Positions 40,192 through 42,830 of a stretch of 42,830 nucleotides of DNA are shown here, piece by piece; within the stretch, counting starts at the first letter, position 1; each line of letters starts with the position of its first letter. The DNA lies in NCBI GenBank assembly GCA_027322215.1, contig DAHVRW010000001.1, positions 1 to 42,830 on the forward strand, written 5' to 3'. This DNA is from Marinimicrobium sp. Lineage in GTDB: Bacteria > Pseudomonadota > Gammaproteobacteria > Pseudomonadales > Cellvibrionaceae. The position numbers were made by a program, and so were the translations under genes. The notes beneath the pieces are model-generated. The model saw nothing but the letters and a program-made list of their open reading frames with translations. It had not been told where the DNA came from and made no database searches.

Positions 40192-40956
40192 ATGTCAGAC
40201 GCCAACAAAATGGGCATGAATCGAACCGGAATAGACATGTCGCCCGTCCATTCCAAGGCGATGCGCCAGATTGCCGGACAACAGGACGCCAGCCCAGCCA
40301 CCCACAAAGTCATGGATCAGATTCGGGCCACGTATATCGCCGAAGGCGACGCCGTGGGCAGCGTGCCGTTACCCGGCAGCTTTACCGGAGCCCTCAGCTC
40401 TTTCAAGGAAAAGGTCAAAGGCAACGCGCCAGAGTTACTTATCAATAAACTCGGGCAAAGGCTGGCGTTTGAACGAGCCGGGATACGCCTATACGAAATG
40501 TTAATTGCCAAATGTCAGAGCATGCCCGATGACTTGGCCAGCCGGGTCATTTCGGTCGATGCGCTGAAGCAGTTCCGCGACGAAGAGGCGCAACATTTTT
40601 TACTGATTCATCAAATCATGGAAAGCATAGGCGCCGATCCCACGGCGATGACTCCGGACGCCGACATTACTGGCGTGGCTTCTATGGGCATTGTGCAAGT
40701 GCTGACGGAACCGCGCACCTCCATCCTGCAATGTCTGGAAGCGTTGCAAACCCTGGAGCTAACCGATAACGCCGCGTGGACCCTGTTGCAGGAAATTTGC
40801 CTGAGCATGGGCCTGAACGACATGGCCAAGGAATTTACGACCGCCATCGAACAGGAAGAAGTGCACGCCTACACCATCACCCAGTGGATCCGCCAAATGG
40901 CAATACACAGGGGTTCCGGCAAAGACCCCGACCCAGATCTGGTGACTACTCACTAG
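40192..40956 (+). CDS. Ferritin-like diiron domain protein
   Basis: FERAGIRLY...EEAQH...LELTDN...EEVH gives the E/ExxH/E/ExxH pattern; AGGAG RBS. Confidence 0.85.
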   Translation: MSDANKMGMNRTGIDMSPVHSKAMRQIAGQQDASPATHKVMDQIRATYIAEGDAVGSVPLPGSFTGALSSFKEKVKGNAPELLINKLGQRLAFERAGIRLYEMLIAKCQSMPDDLASRVISVDALKQFRDEEAQHFLLIHQIMESIGADPTAMTPDADITGVASMGIVQVLTEPRTSILQCLEALQTLELTDNAAWTLLQEICLSMGLNDMAKEFTTAIEQEEVHAYTITQWIRQMAIHRGSGKDPDPDLVTTH

Positions 40957-40974
40957 TAACTTCAGGAGGCAATT

Positions 40975-41685
40975 ATGATGGGAATGAATAGGCACAGTAA
41001 ACGCGCTCTCAATCGCGATGAGCTTCTGGATCGAGCCAGAAACTTAGGCCGCGGAGGGAATTATCGACGGCGACGGGGACTTAGCGGAACCATGATAATG
41101 GGCGGCATTTTGAGCGTCGCAGCGGCTGGGCTTGTGTATCGATACTTGGCCCGTCATCACGACAAGCGGCTGCCCTTTAGCGCCCGCCAACGGGCGGTGC
41201 ACTTAAACGGCTCGGTGAATATCAACAAACCGGCTGAAGAGATCTACCAGTTCTGGCGTCGTTTTGTGGACTTGCCCAAGGTAATGACGTTTCTCGAGCG
41301 GGTTGAGAACAAGGGCGGCGATGTGACTCACTGGGTCGCGCGGGGCCCGCTGGCCACCCGAGTGCAATGGGATTCCGAGGTGACCGAAGACGTACCCAAC
41401 GGTCGTATCGCCTGGCACTCACTGGAAGGGTCTGACGTAAAAACCTGGGGGGACGTGAAATTTGTGGCCAAGTCCCACGGCAGCGGTACCGATGTCATCG
41501 TCAACCTATACTTCCAACCTCCAGGCAGCCTGCCCGGCGCAACCGTAGCGCGGTTTCTCAAAGGATTGGAAAACGCCTTGCTGGAGCAGAACTTACGCAA
41601 TTTAAAATCCTACCTGGAAGCGGACGAGGCGACCCAGGGGCAATGGCGCACTCATCACAGCCACAGCTCGAGACCATCCGCGTAA
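40975..41685 (+). CDS. Membrane-anchored SRPBCC (polyketide cyclase/START-like) protein
   Basis: One TM helix; INKPAEEIYQFWR..LP.VM, THWV, IAWHS and L..LK.YLE motifs. Confidence 0.9.
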   Translation: MMGMNRHSKRALNRDELLDRARNLGRGGNYRRRRGLSGTMIMGGILSVAAAGLVYRYLARHHDKRLPFSARQRAVHLNGSVNINKPAEEIYQFWRRFVDLPKVMTFLERVENKGGDVTHWVARGPLATRVQWDSEVTEDVPNGRIAWHSLEGSDVKTWGDVKFVAKSHGSGTDVIVNLYFQPPGSLPGATVARFLKGLENALLEQNLRNLKSYLEADEATQGQWRTHHSHSSRPSA

Positions 41686-41687
41686 CA

Positions 41688-41738
41688 GCCGGGGCGAGGC
41701 GGTGTTCCGGGTTAGTTTAACCCCATCGCTTCGCCGGC
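41688..41738 (+). other. Stable 3' stem-loop after the SRPBCC gene
   Basis: GGCGAGGCGGTG / CATCGCTTCGCC with inner GGGTTA/TAACCC; no clear U-tract. Confidence 0.55.
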
Positions 41739-41943
41739 ATTCCGGCCGATGTGTCATTCTTATTGATTTGCTTAAGAGTACCTTTGGGAAAGTAAGTGGG
41801 AAAGTAGGGAAAGTAAGAGGACCTTGGAGATTCTGAAAACGGCCATGGTCCTAAACTGCCAGCGCTGTGCAGAGAGTGTCGAGTGCGTGTAGAGCCTCAT
41901 TTGCTCGGCCTGGGCGGCGGTACCCGGCGAATAACGTCACCAT

Positions 41944-41976
41944 AAAAAAACAGCACCCGAGCGGAACGCCCGGGCA
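41944..41976 (-). terminator. Intrinsic terminator downstream of the DUF1328 gene
   Basis: GCCCGGGCG-ttc-CGCTCGGGT followed by GCTGTTTTTTT on minus. Confidence 0.75.
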
Positions 41977-42036
41977 TTCAACGGTGCAGTTGTTTACGAC
42001 GTAATGCCGGACTGCGTATTTCCGGAAAACGTCTAC

Positions 42037-42068
42037 TGAGCTAAGGACCTTGTGAGCTAAGGACCTTG
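42037..42068. repeat. Perfect 16-bp tandem duplication spanning the DUF1328 stop codon
   Basis: TGAGCTAAGGACCTTG x2. Confidence 0.92.
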
Positions 42069-42227
42069 CCCACCAAAAATGTTGGCCACCAAGGTCAATA
42101 CCAGCAGAATCAAAAAGATGAAAAATAGGATTTTCGCGATGCCCGTCGCCGCGCCGGCGATGCCACCAAACCCAAGCACCCCCGCAACGATCGCGATCAC
42201 TAAAAACACCACAGCCCAATACAGCAT
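42057..42227 (-). CDS. DUF1328/UPF0391 small membrane protein (YtjA-like, 56 aa)
   Basis: [39 protein letters not shown]; AAGGAGG RBS. Confidence 0.93.
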   Translation of the reverse strand: MLYWAVVFLVIAIVAGVLGFGGIAGAATGIAKILFFIFLILLVLTLVANIFGGQGP

Positions 42228-42462
42228 AGCGCCCCTCCTTAGTGTCGGGATGCCGTTTTTGCCTGACCCCTTGCCAAGGCAAATCGAGCACCCTGTCATC
42301 CAGTGCACGGCGGATCCGTGCGTCGTCATGCGCGTAGAATATGGAGCCACCTTCGGAAAAATCGCGTTTGCCACAACCCCGAAAAATCCAAAGAGGCGAC
42401 CCATGATTTGCCTTTTTGGAAGAGTAGGCGGAAAAGCATCCCTGCCACATCGCTCCGTAAGT

Positions 42463-42512
42463 AGCCGAGTGCCTCGTCGTAAACGGATGACTCTGTGACG
42501 AGGCATACGGCT
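42463..42512 (-). other. Stem-loop directly after the KGG gene stop
   Basis: TGCCTCGTC/GACGAGGCA plus AGCCG/CGGCT; no U-tract. Confidence 0.55.
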
Positions 42513-42517
42513 TGGTA

Positions 42518-42763
42518 CTACTGGTTTCGTCCTTGACTTTGCTGGCCTCCCTTTCTACCTGCTTTACGAGCCTCTTCTGAGCTAAACTCGTGGGCATTGC
42601 CCGACTCATGGGCTGCCCGGCCCCCTTTGGCACCTTGCTCCCTGGCTTCCTCTGAACTGAACTCGTGCGCTTTTCCTTGTGCGTGGGCGGCTTTACCACC
42701 TTTACTGGCAATTTCCCTTTGTTTTTGCTCGTCCATGGATCCAAAACCTTGTTTACTAGCCAT
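42518..42763 (-). CDS. KGG-repeat general stress protein (YciG/GsiB-like hydrophilin)
   Basis: [15 protein letters not shown] plus two [14 protein letters not shown] repeats; GGAGG RBS. Confidence 0.93.
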   Translation of the reverse strand: MASKQGFGSMDEQKQREIASKGGKAAHAQGKAHEFSSEEAREQGAKGGRAAHESGNAHEFSSEEARKAGRKGGQQSQGRNQ

Positions 42764-42830
42764 AGAACCTCCGATACTTCAATGAGTCGCCGGTGGTGTC
42801 CGGTCCCTCCCTGGACGCCAATGCAAGCAT

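Noticed and set aside
39007-41685. Encapsulin cargo system
   Set aside because: No encapsulin shell gene in the window and no terminal LxVGSL-type targeting peptide
41772-41850. 24-codon minus-strand ORF MAVFRISKVLLLSLLSHLLSQRYS as a type I toxin
   Set aside because: AGGA is only 2 nt from the ATG, the Leu/Ser content comes from the GGGAAAGTA repeat, and it lies downstream of a terminator
42278-42293. sigma54 promoter for DUF1328 (GGGTGCTCGATTTGCC on minus)
   Set aside because: GG-N10-GC spacing fits, but the -24 context is poor and I see no convincing paired enhancer; left uncalled
41851-42744. 297-aa ORF and the 149-aa extension of DUF1328
   Set aside because: The 297-aa ORF overlaps the KGG and DUF1328 genes in another frame and crosses a terminator; DUF1328 has its own strong RBS at 42227

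Overview
Gammaproteobacterial chromosome segment; gene content and order suggest a Cellvibrionaceae/Pseudomonadales-like marine bacterium (inference). About 1-31.3 kb is mostly housekeeping: an HMA chaperone with a Crp/Fnr regulator, trpE, rpe, aspC, hisC, a PAS-GGDEF-EAL protein, a rimB-like/rimK/M14-peptidase operon, a LysR, two tandem porin paralogs, lptD-surA-pdxA-rsmA-apaG-apaH, amgK-murU, cca, folM/folK/folB and tsaD. After tsaD the usual rpsU-dnaG-rpoD is absent. Instead come a Na+/H+ antiporter with a structured leader, a 1-Cys peroxiredoxin and a general-stress gene cluster (chaB, YghA-like SDR, degenerate hemerythrin, a tandem double ferritin-like protein, a second ferritin-like protein, SRPBCC, DUF1328, KGG protein). 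The strongest candidate for an undescribed system is this cluster's regulation: it encodes a sigma54 activator whose receiver lacks the phosphoacceptor Asp, three of its transcription units have -24/-12 promoters, and paired GTAA-N3-TTAC-like sites lie at enhancer distance. Unannotated cis elements include a one-Trp trpE leader peptide, a leader-peptide attenuator before an EamA transporter, a riboswitch-like fold before the antiporter, a REPIN/MITE-like palindrome and many short tandem duplications. All calls are by eye, with no database searches.
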